Positions 47,398-56,156 of a DNA stretch of 64,000 bases are shown here, in pieces. The DNA is from a virus. The stretch lies in the IMG/VR virus record IMGVR_UViG_3300047382_000480, positions 32,001-96,000 of that record. One strand, 5' to 3'. The notes beneath the pieces were generated by a model. The model was not told the origin of the DNA. It searched no databases and saw only the letters and a list, made by a program, of their open reading frames with translations. Positions within the stretch are counted from its first letter, which is position 1; every line of letters begins with the position of its first letter. Position numbers and translations under genes: made by a program.

Positions 47398-47425
47398 TTG
47401 ACTTTCGGGCGAAAAAAAGTATAAT
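47398..47425 (+). promoter_or_regulatory. Sigma70-type promoter of the + strand glycosyltransferase operon
   Basis: TTGACT-16-TATAAT, 10 nt before the ATG at 47436. Confidence 0.75.
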
Positions 47426-47435
47426 AAATAAGGTT

Positions 47436-48122
47436 ATGAAAAATATTTTTATGCTTTTATATGGAGACAAATACAACCACGAAGATGTTAATCGCATAGT
47501 CGAGGCAACTAATTGTCAAACAAAATATAATTACATCTTATACACCGACAATCCTGGGATGGATAATCTGCACCCGCAAATTGAAACTGTGAAGATTGAC
47601 TCAGACTGGGGAACTTTCAACAAAATTAAAATGTTTGAAAGAGATAATGTCGGAGAATGTGTATATTTAGATTTAGATATTATTATTCAATATCCAAATA
47701 TCGATATTCTATTTCACAAAGGGGTTCAAAAACCTGCTATTTGTAAAACATACTGGAAACACGAAGGATTTGAAGCTGAACATGATGGTGGAGATTTCAA
47801 TTCGAGCGTAATGAGTTGGAATTCATCGAATGCGAAACATATTTACGAACATTTTATGAAGAATCCAGATTATTTTATAACAAAATATAAAGGTTGTGAT
47901 GATAAATATTTGTTCCACGAACATAAAGATAATTTTTCAAATTATGGTCGAGGTAAAATATATTCTTATATGTATGGGATAGATCATAAAACTGATGTGA
48001 GCCCACGTGCTAAGAAATATCACGAATTTGCTTCAATCTGTTTGTTGAATGGTCAAGAAAACTATGATTTTGATTTGAGGTCTGATTACTATTTTAACCT
48101 TTCTAACAATAAAGTGGGGTAA
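47436..48122 (+). CDS. Putative glycosyltransferase (GT-A fold, GT8-like), paralog 1
   Basis: YGDKY...VN, YTD, YLDLDIII (DxD), FNSSVMSW. Confidence 0.75.
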   Translation: MKNIFMLLYGDKYNHEDVNRIVEATNCQTKYNYILYTDNPGMDNLHPQIETVKIDSDWGTFNKIKMFERDNVGECVYLDLDIIIQYPNIDILFHKGVQKPAICKTYWKHEGFEAEHDGGDFNSSVMSWNSSNAKHIYEHFMKNPDYFITKYKGCDDKYLFHEHKDNFSNYGRGKIYSYMYGIDHKTDVSPRAKKYHEFASICLLNGQENYDFDLRSDYYFNLSNNKVG

Positions 48123-49482
48123 AAAATACTCACCTGAATATGTGAATAACCTATATGGTATGATTGACGCAAATTATGTTAATCAATTTAAAATGGTATG
48201 TTTCACAGACGATCCAGAGGGTATTAGGGAAGAAGTAGATACTCACCCCATCCCAGACATTGAACCACTACACCCGAAATATTGGTTTGAAAAAGAAAAC
48301 TACTGCTGGGATCGTAGTAAATTTCTTTTATTCAACGCAAAGGAATGGTTAAATGAAGATGGTCCATTTTGCTATTTCGATCTAGATGTAATCATTCAAT
48401 CTTCTATTGACGAGTTTTACGAACTTGCGTTTGAACCGCATATTTTATATTCTCATTGGCAACCAGAAGGTCAAATAAAAGATAGAAGATTTAGAAACAT
48501 CAGAGGAACATACTTCAATTCTAGTTGTATGCTTTGGTGGTCTGATCAAACAAAGAAAATTTACGAAGATGTTGTGAGTAATCCAGATATCTTTACAATT
48601 TTTTACAAAGGTTCTGACAACTACCATCAATGGAGAAGACCAGCTGGAGCAAATTTCTGGAACTTCTTACCGCATGAATGGTACTATAGCTACAATTATG
48701 AAGATACTAATTATGATGCCAAACTTGCGCTGTTCAATCAAAATGTAATCAAAAACGATAATTCCATATCTATTGAAGATCTAGAAGATTCAATTCTTCT
48801 GAATCATTGGTACGGAAAATATGATATGTACAAGGATGTCCCTTCTAGGATAGTTTTAGAACTTTCAAACAAATACAATGATACAGAAAATAAATTCAAT
48901 GACCTGTTTGTAGAAGAAGACGAACTCACTCTTGACGAAATAAAAAGAATATTTGCAGACCCACCAGAATATGTAACTTTACTGACAACACTTTCTAAAC
49001 CTGAAAGATGTAAAGACTACTCAAAGATAGTTGATTGGTTTAAAAGCGTGGGGACTGAGGTAATTGAACCCCCGATGGATTTTCGAGTAAATGAAACCAC
49101 ACATGGCTCACACCCCAACACAGATATTAATAAAGACCTCATAACAAGGGAAAACATAAAAACATTTAAGCAAAAAGAAGAATATAGAAACATCACAAAA
49201 GAAGAAAACTGGGTAATTGATTGTGAAGCCAGAAACGAGAATATGGCTTATATCAATGCAAAGGGGCAAGTTTTCCCTTGTTCGTATATTGCTAGAGATA
49301 TTTTAGAAAACAGATTATATCCTTTGCACCCAATAGACTACCCATACAATCCTAAATACAACAACGCCAAATCCTTTTTGTTGAAGGATATTGTATATAA
49401 TGCAGACTTCGAATGTTATAATGATAGTCTGAAAAAAGACCCTTTGAAAATTTGTAAAGAGACTTGTGGAAGATGCGTGTAA
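48085..49482 (+). CDS. Putative glycosyltransferase (paralog 2) fused to a degenerate radical-SAM/SPASM-like domain
   Basis: KWGKKYSPEYVN lies in frame upstream of the ORF-track GTG (48142); CFTDD, YFDLDVII, FNSSCMLW; C-terminal C...G.VFPC...C.ETC; start codon uncertain. Confidence 0.7.
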   Translation: MTILTFLTIKWGKKYSPEYVNNLYGMIDANYVNQFKMVCFTDDPEGIREEVDTHPIPDIEPLHPKYWFEKENYCWDRSKFLLFNAKEWLNEDGPFCYFDLDVIIQSSIDEFYELAFEPHILYSHWQPEGQIKDRRFRNIRGTYFNSSCMLWWSDQTKKIYEDVVSNPDIFTIFYKGSDNYHQWRRPAGANFWNFLPHEWYYSYNYEDTNYDAKLALFNQNVIKNDNSISIEDLEDSILLNHWYGKYDMYKDVPSRIVLELSNKYNDTENKFNDLFVEEDELTLDEIKRIFADPPEYVTLLTTLSKPERCKDYSKIVDWFKSVGTEVIEPPMDFRVNETTHGSHPNTDINKDLITRENIKTFKQKEEYRNITKEENWVIDCEARNENMAYINAKGQVFPCSYIARDILENRLYPLHPIDYPYNPKYNNAKSFLLKDIVYNADFECYNDSLKKDPLKICKETCGRCV

Positions 49483-50273
49483 ATTTTGTATGTGCTAAGT
49501 GGGGAGAAAAATATGGTGCGCACTTTGTCAATCGTTTAAAAAACATGGCAAAGAGAAACACCCCCGAACAATTTGATGTGCATTTCTACTGCTACACAGA
49601 TGACCCGACTGGAATTGACCAAGACGTAAAAATAATAGAATTCCCAGACATTCCAAATATCCACCCAAAATACTGGTTTGGTTTAGAAGATTACAAATAC
49701 GGCATGGCTCGTTGTTGGGACAGAGCAAAAACCTTTGTTTTCAATACACATAACTTTGCAAAAGATAAACCAACTGGTCGATTTGTGTTTTTTGATTTAG
49801 ACGTAATCATTCAAAATGATCTAACTCCAATCATAACATACAATATGGAACAACCAACAAAAATGCGCTCTTGGTGGCAAGACCCAAGACCTATGGATAC
49901 CCGAAGATTTAAATTATCTCATGGAGCGTTTACAAACGGAAGCTGTAAGGTTTGGAGTGACGATCAATGTGAGCCTATATGGAATGATGTACTTAAACAT
50001 CAGGAAAAGATCTGGTTTACATTTACAGACGGCACTGATAATTACCATAGTTGGCGTTGGAAAGAACTATGGGATTATTTTCCTAGTTGGATGGCATACT
50101 CATACAATCGTGGTCGTTCTTGGGATGAAGACGATTTAAACGTAGGAATATACAGAAACAATTGTATCCTTTGCGTATTTAATGTAGACCTTCTACCATT
50201 TGAAGATGGATCTAGGGGAAAAACAAAACAAGACGATTTGGTAGACCCCAAGTTATTGGAGCATTGGCAATGA
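49464..50273 (+). CDS. Putative glycosyltransferase (GT8-like), paralog 3
   Basis: KWGEKY..HFVNRL, CYTDD, FFDLDVII, TNGSCKVW. Confidence 0.75.
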   Translation: MWKMRVNFVCAKWGEKYGAHFVNRLKNMAKRNTPEQFDVHFYCYTDDPTGIDQDVKIIEFPDIPNIHPKYWFGLEDYKYGMARCWDRAKTFVFNTHNFAKDKPTGRFVFFDLDVIIQNDLTPIITYNMEQPTKMRSWWQDPRPMDTRRFKLSHGAFTNGSCKVWSDDQCEPIWNDVLKHQEKIWFTFTDGTDNYHSWRWKELWDYFPSWMAYSYNRGRSWDEDDLNVGIYRNNCILCVFNVDLLPFEDGSRGKTKQDDLVDPKLLEHWQ

Positions 50274-50863
50274 GTTATGAATACAGAAAGTTTAGAGACA
50301 AGGAATGGCTTTGGCCAAAGGAAGATTACCATTGTTGGAAACACTTGACAAAACAGCACCCAGATATCCCGATACAAATATTAGTTATGATTGGTGGTGC
50401 TGATACAGTCGTTCAGGCTGGAGGAAATTGTGGACTATACACTGCGCAATATGCATCTCATGTAAATGAGGTATTAACATTCGAACCAGATTTGGTCAAT
50501 TATCACTGTTTGAAAGAAAATTTAAAAGAATATAATAATGTAACAATGCACCCATTTGCACTTGGAAGTAAAGAAGCAGTTGTTGGAATTAAAATAGATA
50601 GGGTTAATACTGGTGCTTCTTCAGTTTCAGAACAATTAGATGGAAAAATAAAACAAGTTCCCTTAGATAATTATGATATTGATCCTGATTTGATCCACTT
50701 AGATATCGAAGGGATGGAAAAAAACGCATTAGAGGGCATGACGAGGATATTGAAGAAATATCGCCCAGCGGTCGTAGTAGAAAGAAACAATGGCGGTGAT
50801 TTATTATTAGAACTTGGCTACAAAAAAATCGCTAATATTGGATTAGATTGGTTGTACGTGTGA
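50264..50863 (+). CDS. FkbM-family SAM-dependent methyltransferase
   Basis: VVQAGGNCG, FEPD..N, ALG, LIHLDIEGME. Confidence 0.85.
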   Translation: MAMSYEYRKFRDKEWLWPKEDYHCWKHLTKQHPDIPIQILVMIGGADTVVQAGGNCGLYTAQYASHVNEVLTFEPDLVNYHCLKENLKEYNNVTMHPFALGSKEAVVGIKIDRVNTGASSVSEQLDGKIKQVPLDNYDIDPDLIHLDIEGMEKNALEGMTRILKKYRPAVVVERNNGGDLLLELGYKKIANIGLDWLYV

Positions 50864-51534
50864 ACATCTATACAGTAAAATGGGGTACAAAATATTCTTC
50901 TGAATATGTAAATAAGATAGCAGAAGATCTCCAATCCCTTTCCCCAGAATCGCATAAAAAGGTTTTTTGCATAACCGACGATCCATCTGGACTCAGCGAT
51001 CTTGTTGAGCCAATACTCATACCAGAGGAAAATGATTTAGAAAAATGGTGGAACAAAATGTATTTGTTTTCTCCACTAGTAAGCCAAGAAGGGGAAAAAC
51101 TTTTTTTTGACCTCGATATACTAATCCAAAAAGAAATAAAACCCTTCGAGGAATTTGACCCAGAAAACTGCCTCGGGATTGTAAAGACTTGGTGGCATGA
51201 CCTAGAAAGGATGAAAGAAGAAACAAAACACGTTCCTCACAAATTCAGTGATATAAACTCAAGCATTTTAAGATGGAACGAAAATTTTGATTCAGAAAAA
51301 CTTTGGGAATACTTTAATAAATATAAGCAACAGATACTTTGGCAATATCGTGGTATTGATAATTTTCTTTGTGATAAGAACATAATCCCCATGAAACTTT
51401 TCCCAATAGGATGGGTATATAGTTTCAATCAAGGTTATATCTTTCCGCAAGACACTGAAAAGCACGTGTATCGAGAGATTCCGTATATTTGCTTGTTTGA
51501 CTCTATGGGTAAAAGTGAAGATGTTAAAATCTAA
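50848..51534 (+). CDS. Putative glycosyltransferase (GT8-like), paralog 4
   Basis: KWGTKY..EYVN, CITDD, WWNKMYLF, FFDLDILI, INSSILRW. Confidence 0.75.
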   Translation: MVVRVNIYTVKWGTKYSSEYVNKIAEDLQSLSPESHKKVFCITDDPSGLSDLVEPILIPEENDLEKWWNKMYLFSPLVSQEGEKLFFDLDILIQKEIKPFEEFDPENCLGIVKTWWHDLERMKEETKHVPHKFSDINSSILRWNENFDSEKLWEYFNKYKQQILWQYRGIDNFLCDKNIIPMKLFPIGWVYSFNQGYIFPQDTEKHVYREIPYICLFDSMGKSEDVKI

Positions 51535-52189
51535 TTTTCTTAATAATTTTAAATTCTATGGTGAAGCACTTCACTTCATAGAACAAAAAGCACCGCACAA
51601 ACTCACCGACTTACGTCAATGCCACGAGGAAAATCACGTTGAAGCAGTGACGTGGCTAGTGGAACAATTAATAAAGACTGTCGAAAACTGCGCTAGACAA
51701 GAGAAAATTAAGGTATTGGTGCTAAACTCTTGGTTAGGCGTGCCTCTCGTCCCTCTCCTTTGCGAAAACCTAGATATAGGGGAGTTACACTTAGTTGATT
51801 TAGATAAAGAAGCATTAGATATATCTAAAATAATGCATAAACATTATGCTCAGGAAAAGTTTGTAAAGATTCGACATCACAATCTAGACATTCCCTTTGC
51901 GTTTGATGAATTAAATAAAATCGATGCAGATATTGTTGTAGCAATTAATACAGAACAAATGTATCCACTGAAAGAACTTACAACAAAAAATCCAATGGCA
52001 GTATTCGCTTGTCAGAATAGCGATGTGATTGAGGAAATGTATGGTATAAATTGCGTTAAAAGTATCGACGAATTAAAAGAACAAATTGACTTAGAAGAAA
52101 CATATTATGAAGGACAACGAGAACAAACATATTATTCTTGGGATGGAAAAAGAAAATATAATAGATTCATGGTCATAGGGTCTAAATAG
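51497..52189 (+). CDS. Putative class I SAM-dependent methyltransferase-like protein
   Basis: VLVLNSWLG motif-I-like, HLVDLD, INTEQM, C-terminal RFMVIG. Confidence 0.6.
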   Translation: MTLWVKVKMLKSNFLNNFKFYGEALHFIEQKAPHKLTDLRQCHEENHVEAVTWLVEQLIKTVENCARQEKIKVLVLNSWLGVPLVPLLCENLDIGELHLVDLDKEALDISKIMHKHYAQEKFVKIRHHNLDIPFAFDELNKIDADIVVAINTEQMYPLKELTTKNPMAVFACQNSDVIEEMYGINCVKSIDELKEQIDLEETYYEGQREQTYYSWDGKRKYNRFMVIGSK

Positions 52190-52793
52190 TAATATCCTCT
52201 ACCATCAGTTCCCACATATCTTTATCTGGTACAACAAACCCGACAGTAATTCTTGGACCACCCCCAGCGCAATGCCATACTGGATCAGATTGATCGCCAT
52301 AATAACCAACTTTGGCAGACCACCCTTTCCAATCTGGTAATGTGTGGATTATTTCTCCATCCCAAAATTGAAAATACCCATCTCCTAGATTATAGTTAAA
52401 CAAAATATTATATCCAGGAACATCCCAATTATTATGCCACCCCATAAATCCGTCTTCTGGATAGTACACGTGTACAGCACTATATTTGGCACCTAAAAAT
52501 TTAACCAGAGTGTCATTAAACCTTTGAGACTCTTTTTTAAATTTTTCTGGAGATTGAGCTCCAGGACCAAAGTGTACGTTCCGAACAACCTCTGGTGGAC
52601 CTGCATGTTGCCCTTCTTCCTTTCCCATTGGCTTTTTGAGCATTTCTTTTAAGTAGTCAAAAGATTGAGAATGTTCAGAGTTTGAGTTGCCGTGATCACT
52701 AATGACTAATTCTGATAAATCCTGATCAAAAAACCATTCACTGTGTTCATTTAAAATTTCTATTATTTCTTTATTAAGGTCTATAAATCTCAC
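52182..52793 (-). CDS. Putative 2OG-Fe(II) oxygenase / cupin-like protein
   Basis: YYPEDGFMGWHNN...ILF...VWHCA...R.TVGF double-stranded beta-helix pattern. Confidence 0.6.
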   Translation of the reverse strand: MRFIDLNKEIIEILNEHSEWFFDQDLSELVISDHGNSNSEHSQSFDYLKEMLKKPMGKEEGQHAGPPEVVRNVHFGPGAQSPEKFKKESQRFNDTLVKFLGAKYSAVHVYYPEDGFMGWHNNWDVPGYNILFNYNLGDGYFQFWDGEIIHTLPDWKGWSAKVGYYGDQSDPVWHCAGGGPRITVGFVVPDKDMWELMVEDITI

Positions 52794-53484
52794 TGCACAT
52801 CATCCTAGTTCTTGATATTGTATAATGTTGAACAACTATATTTTGCCCCATCAGTTCTTCATCTTTGTAACCATTTACAAAGTTCCACTTTGCATCTGGG
52901 GCAGGGAACTCTCCTATTGTAACATTAAAATCACCATTAGTCAACATATTCCACATAGTAAATGTATCCCACTGCCTTACTTCTTCGGGATACGGAGAAG
53001 GATCCCAGCGTGGATCGGTTTGTTCAAGATACCAAGTGTACCAGTTATCCATCAGTTCTTTAGTCGTTTTAGTATTATACAAAAACAAACCGCAATGATA
53101 AATCATTTCTTCAGTTTCTGACAACTTAGTTATCTTTGCGTTGTATGGTCTACATCTAGTAAACAGTAAATCTTTGTCTCCAAGTAAATCGAAAACTTCA
53201 GATATTTCTTCGCTTTGAATTAGCGTATCGCAATCAATATAAAGGGTTGTATCGTATGGAGATTTAGACAACGCCCAAAGTTTTGCTCTTACGTGGTTGG
53301 GGACACCTTGCGTTATAATTTGATCAAAAATTTCACGTGCTTCATCACACACCCAAGATTCATGAGTGAACAGCGTTATTTTTGCTTCTGGGTAAAAATC
53401 TAAAAGGGATTGGGCAGAATAAAGTGCAGCATAATAAAATTCTTTTTTTACTGAAGCAACGTAGACATAACCATTACTCTTCAT
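52774..53484 (-). CDS. Putative nucleotide-diphospho-sugar transferase (GT-A)
   Basis: GYVYVA, RAKLWAL..SPYD.TLYIDCD, HCGLFLY, WDTFT.W, WNF, HY. Confidence 0.8.
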   Translation of the reverse strand: MKSNGYVYVASVKKEFYYAALYSAQSLLDFYPEAKITLFTHESWVCDEAREIFDQIITQGVPNHVRAKLWALSKSPYDTTLYIDCDTLIQSEEISEVFDLLGDKDLLFTRCRPYNAKITKLSETEEMIYHCGLFLYNTKTTKELMDNWYTWYLEQTDPRWDPSPYPEEVRQWDTFTMWNMLTNGDFNVTIGEFPAPDAKWNFVNGYKDEELMGQNIVVQHYTISRTRMMCSEIYRP

Positions 53485-53929
53485 TGGCCAATGCTTCCTG
53501 TATCATCAGGGTTGCAAAGGCTTGGACTTCAATTGGCGTCTTTGCCTTTCTCAGACGCTTTTTAAGATCTCGGTTGGTAGAGTTTCGTATTTCTTCGATT
53601 TCAAATGCTTCCAACTTCATATTAAAAAGAACTTCTTGCTTGGCACGTGCCATGTCAGCTTCTTTTTGTTCTCTATGATGTTGTTCGCGTTCTTCAGATT
53701 CTTTTCTATGCTCTTCTGTATTTTTATCTAATTGCTCTTCACCAAACATTTCTAATATTTCATCGAAATCTTTGTTATAAGCATCATATGCATTAATGTG
53801 AACAACATTATATTCGCCATCATAAGATAACCTTCTGGCAACTATTTGGCGGTTTTCTTTATCTTTCCAGATGGGGTCTTTCCAAAGAGGTGGGCGTTCT
53901 TTGTCGTTTGAGGATGCGATAACTTCCAT
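53474..53929 (-). CDS. Hypothetical charged protein
   Basis: 151 aa; LFNMKLEAFEIEEIRNS...K..LRKAK; coupled to the GT gene. Confidence 0.7.
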   Translation of the reverse strand: MEVIASSNDKERPPLWKDPIWKDKENRQIVARRLSYDGEYNVVHINAYDAYNKDFDEILEMFGEEQLDKNTEEHRKESEEREQHHREQKEADMARAKQEVLFNMKLEAFEIEEIRNSTNRDLKKRLRKAKTPIEVQAFATLMIQEALANEE

Positions 53930-53961
53930 AATTTACTCCATAATGTAAAATTGTATTCTAT

Positions 53962-55104
53962 TTAGGCAGTTCTCAACCACAGTTTCTTATTGGACTGACT
54001 GGAGGATGTACTTATTATTGTAGCTCCATCATAATACCCAGCATAATCACCAGAATAGCTTCCGCTGTAGTTTCCAGTGTAATTACCAGTATAATAACCT
54101 GTGTAATATCCTGTGTATGTCACCCACGTTCTTGTATAACCTGCAAATCGAGGACTGTAACTTCCAGAATAGGTTCCAGAATATGTTCCGCTGTAATAAC
54201 CAGCATAGTTTCCAGTGTATGTCCCAGTATATGTTCCAGCATAAGCATATGTTGCAATGTTTTTTACTTGGTCCGTGAGAGTCTCTCCCATTTGCTGCCA
54301 TGTTCCAGTACTCGGAGCATTTTCTGAAAGAGCGTATATTCCTGGACCATCACGCTCAAGGATCCTATTTCCGAGATACACAGCCATCTGACGATACCTT
54401 ACAACATCTGCTTCTTGTAGACTTTCGTCATCGGTATTTCCACTTTGTTCCCTGATAACAATATTGTTACCCACACCAGTAGGAACTGTGCTGTTGGCTG
54501 TTGATTTTTGCCAAAGCGTTTTTGTAAATGAAGTATTATCTACTTGGGTGTCTTCAATATTACCGCGATTAACCCAAGTTCCACCAGTATTTGGTGCATT
54601 AGCTGACAAGTAATATTGCCCCGCAGTACTTGCAGATTGTTCACAATAGGCATCGATAACTATATCTAGAAAATCTTTTCGTTCGGTTTCAGTACTATCT
54701 TTAAGCCGATTATTGTCATCTAATATTACTGGAAATGGGTCGTCTCCCATGTTAACGACGTTTACGTTATTATTCTGAAGAAAGGTATACGTTTTGACTG
54801 TCGTTTGAGCACCAGATGTTGGGTGTGTACCTATTGTATCGTTTCGTTTTTTATCTACGAAAGTTCCAATCTGAGAATCTACTCCAAGAGTATATGGATA
54901 TTGAGCCGTCCCCTCGTGTAGTATAACTTGTGCAGGCTGTCCCTTACCATCCAGCATGGTTTGGGTATCATTATCAATATTATACACAAATGCTTCAGTG
55001 ATCCTACCTGCTACCGCACCTTTCATGTCTGCGGTGCTCATCTCCTGAAAACCTAAAACGACATCAGTGTTAGGATCAACTCTTACCTTTACAGGATTAC
55101 CCAT
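53962..55104 (-). CDS. Putative virion protein with C-terminal Y-x-G-x tetrapeptide repeats
   Basis: 380 aa; duplicated Y.LS..AP..GGTW motif; 15 YxG units near the C-terminus. Confidence 0.75.
   Translation of the reverse strand: MGNPVKVRVDPNTDVVLGFQEMSTADMKGAVAGRITEAFVYNIDNDTQTMLDGKGQPAQVILHEGTAQYPYTLGVDSQIGTFVDKKRNDTIGTHPTSGAQTTVKTYTFLQNNNVNVVNMGDDPFPVILDDNNRLKDSTETERKDFLDIVIDAYCEQSASTAGQYYLSANAPNTGGTWVNRGNIEDTQVDNTSFTKTLWQKSTANSTVPTGVGNNIVIREQSGNTDDESLQEADVVRYRQMAVYLGNRILERDGPGIYALSENAPSTGTWQQMGETLTDQVKNIATYAYAGTYTGTYTGNYAGYYSGTYSGTYSGSYSPRFAGYTRTWVTYTGYYTGYYTGNYTGNYSGSYSGDYAGYYDGATIISTSSSQSNKKLWLRTA
54025..54243 (-). repeat. 12 bp period Y(S/T/A)G(T/N/Y/S) repeats in two arms
   Basis: YAGT YTGT YTGN YAGY YSGT YSGT YSGS - spacer - YTGY YTGY YTGN YTGN YSGS YSGD YAGY YDGA. 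Confidence 0.9.
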
Positions 55105-55113
55105 TATATTTCC

Positions 55114-56151
55114 TTAGTTTACGATATTACCCGACGAATTATAAATCACTAGAGGTCTTTTTACTTCCCAAGTCTCAGAATCTCTACACACTAGGCTCAT
55201 AGATGTGTTTGGGGGAAGGTCTTTAGCAGCATTAGACGAACCAAAATCAATCTTATCTGAAGTTGCAGGATATACTTTTATTGAAGAGGAAGTAGAATTG
55301 TAAATCTCTATATGTCTTCCCGTAGTCGCAGAAGGCAATTTAACACCTTCGTTATTAGAAGCAGTAGTTACAATATTTACTGTTTCTCCTAATTGAGTCG
55401 CATCGCTCTGAGCAGATCCTGCTGCAGTTACACCACCTTGCACACCAGTGATCATCGCCCCAGCAGCAATAAAATTACCTGTAACTGTGACACCTGCGGC
55501 AGACAACACACCTAAATTATCTACTGTAAAATTGTCATTTACGTTTATACCTCCATCAAGGGAAGCAAGACCATCAACATCTAGTGTGCCTGTGGTATTA
55601 ATATTACCTGTTGAGTCAGCAACAGTAAATGCCCCATCAACGTCAATACCTCCATCGAGGGAAGCAAGACCTGACGCATCTAATGAAGATGCAACAACTG
55701 CGTCACCCTCGTCTGTAGACTGCCATTGAGTTGCAGATACCGCAACAAAATCTCGACCTTTTTCTGGTCCAAGGGATAATGCAGCATTTGCAGAAAGATC
55801 ATTGATAGATTCACCCGCATATGGGTAAACTTTAATAGTCGTAGAAGTAGAATTAAAAACAGTTACACGTGTACCTGTTGAGGCATCAAGGAGTTTAACA
55901 CCTTGGTTTGATGTTGCTGTATTAATAATATTGTATGTCTTTGTTAATGCAGTAGCAGTTCCTTGTGTTGTACCAGCTGCAGTTACCGAGGCATCAACAC
56001 CAACTATAAAGCGACCAGATACTGTAATATCATCAACAATAATATCATCACCGCTTTGATACTTGTCGGTGTTTAGATTTGTAAAGTTTGAGTCAACCTC
56101 AGTATTAGTGAGAGGTGAACCTTTACCTGAGCGAGTTGTTAGTGTTGACAT
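55114..56151 (-). CDS. Putative fibre / virion structural protein with an internal domain duplication
   Basis: N-terminal R..KGSPLT..E.D.NF anchor; two copies of VTAAG..Q..AT.L...GVKL...IKVYP and two of GLASLDGGI. Confidence 0.75.
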   Translation of the reverse strand: MSTLTTRSGKGSPLTNTEVDSNFTNLNTDKYQSGDDIIVDDITVSGRFIVGVDASVTAAGTTQGTATALTKTYNIINTATSNQGVKLLDASTGTRVTVFNSTSTTIKVYPYAGESINDLSANAALSLGPEKGRDFVAVSATQWQSTDEGDAVVASSLDASGLASLDGGIDVDGAFTVADSTGNINTTGTLDVDGLASLDGGINVNDNFTVDNLGVLSAAGVTVTGNFIAAGAMITGVQGGVTAAGSAQSDATQLGETVNIVTTASNNEGVKLPSATTGRHIEIYNSTSSSIKVYPATSDKIDFGSSNAAKDLPPNTSMSLVCRDSETWEVKRPLVIYNSSGNIVN

Positions 56152-56156
56152 TTTTC

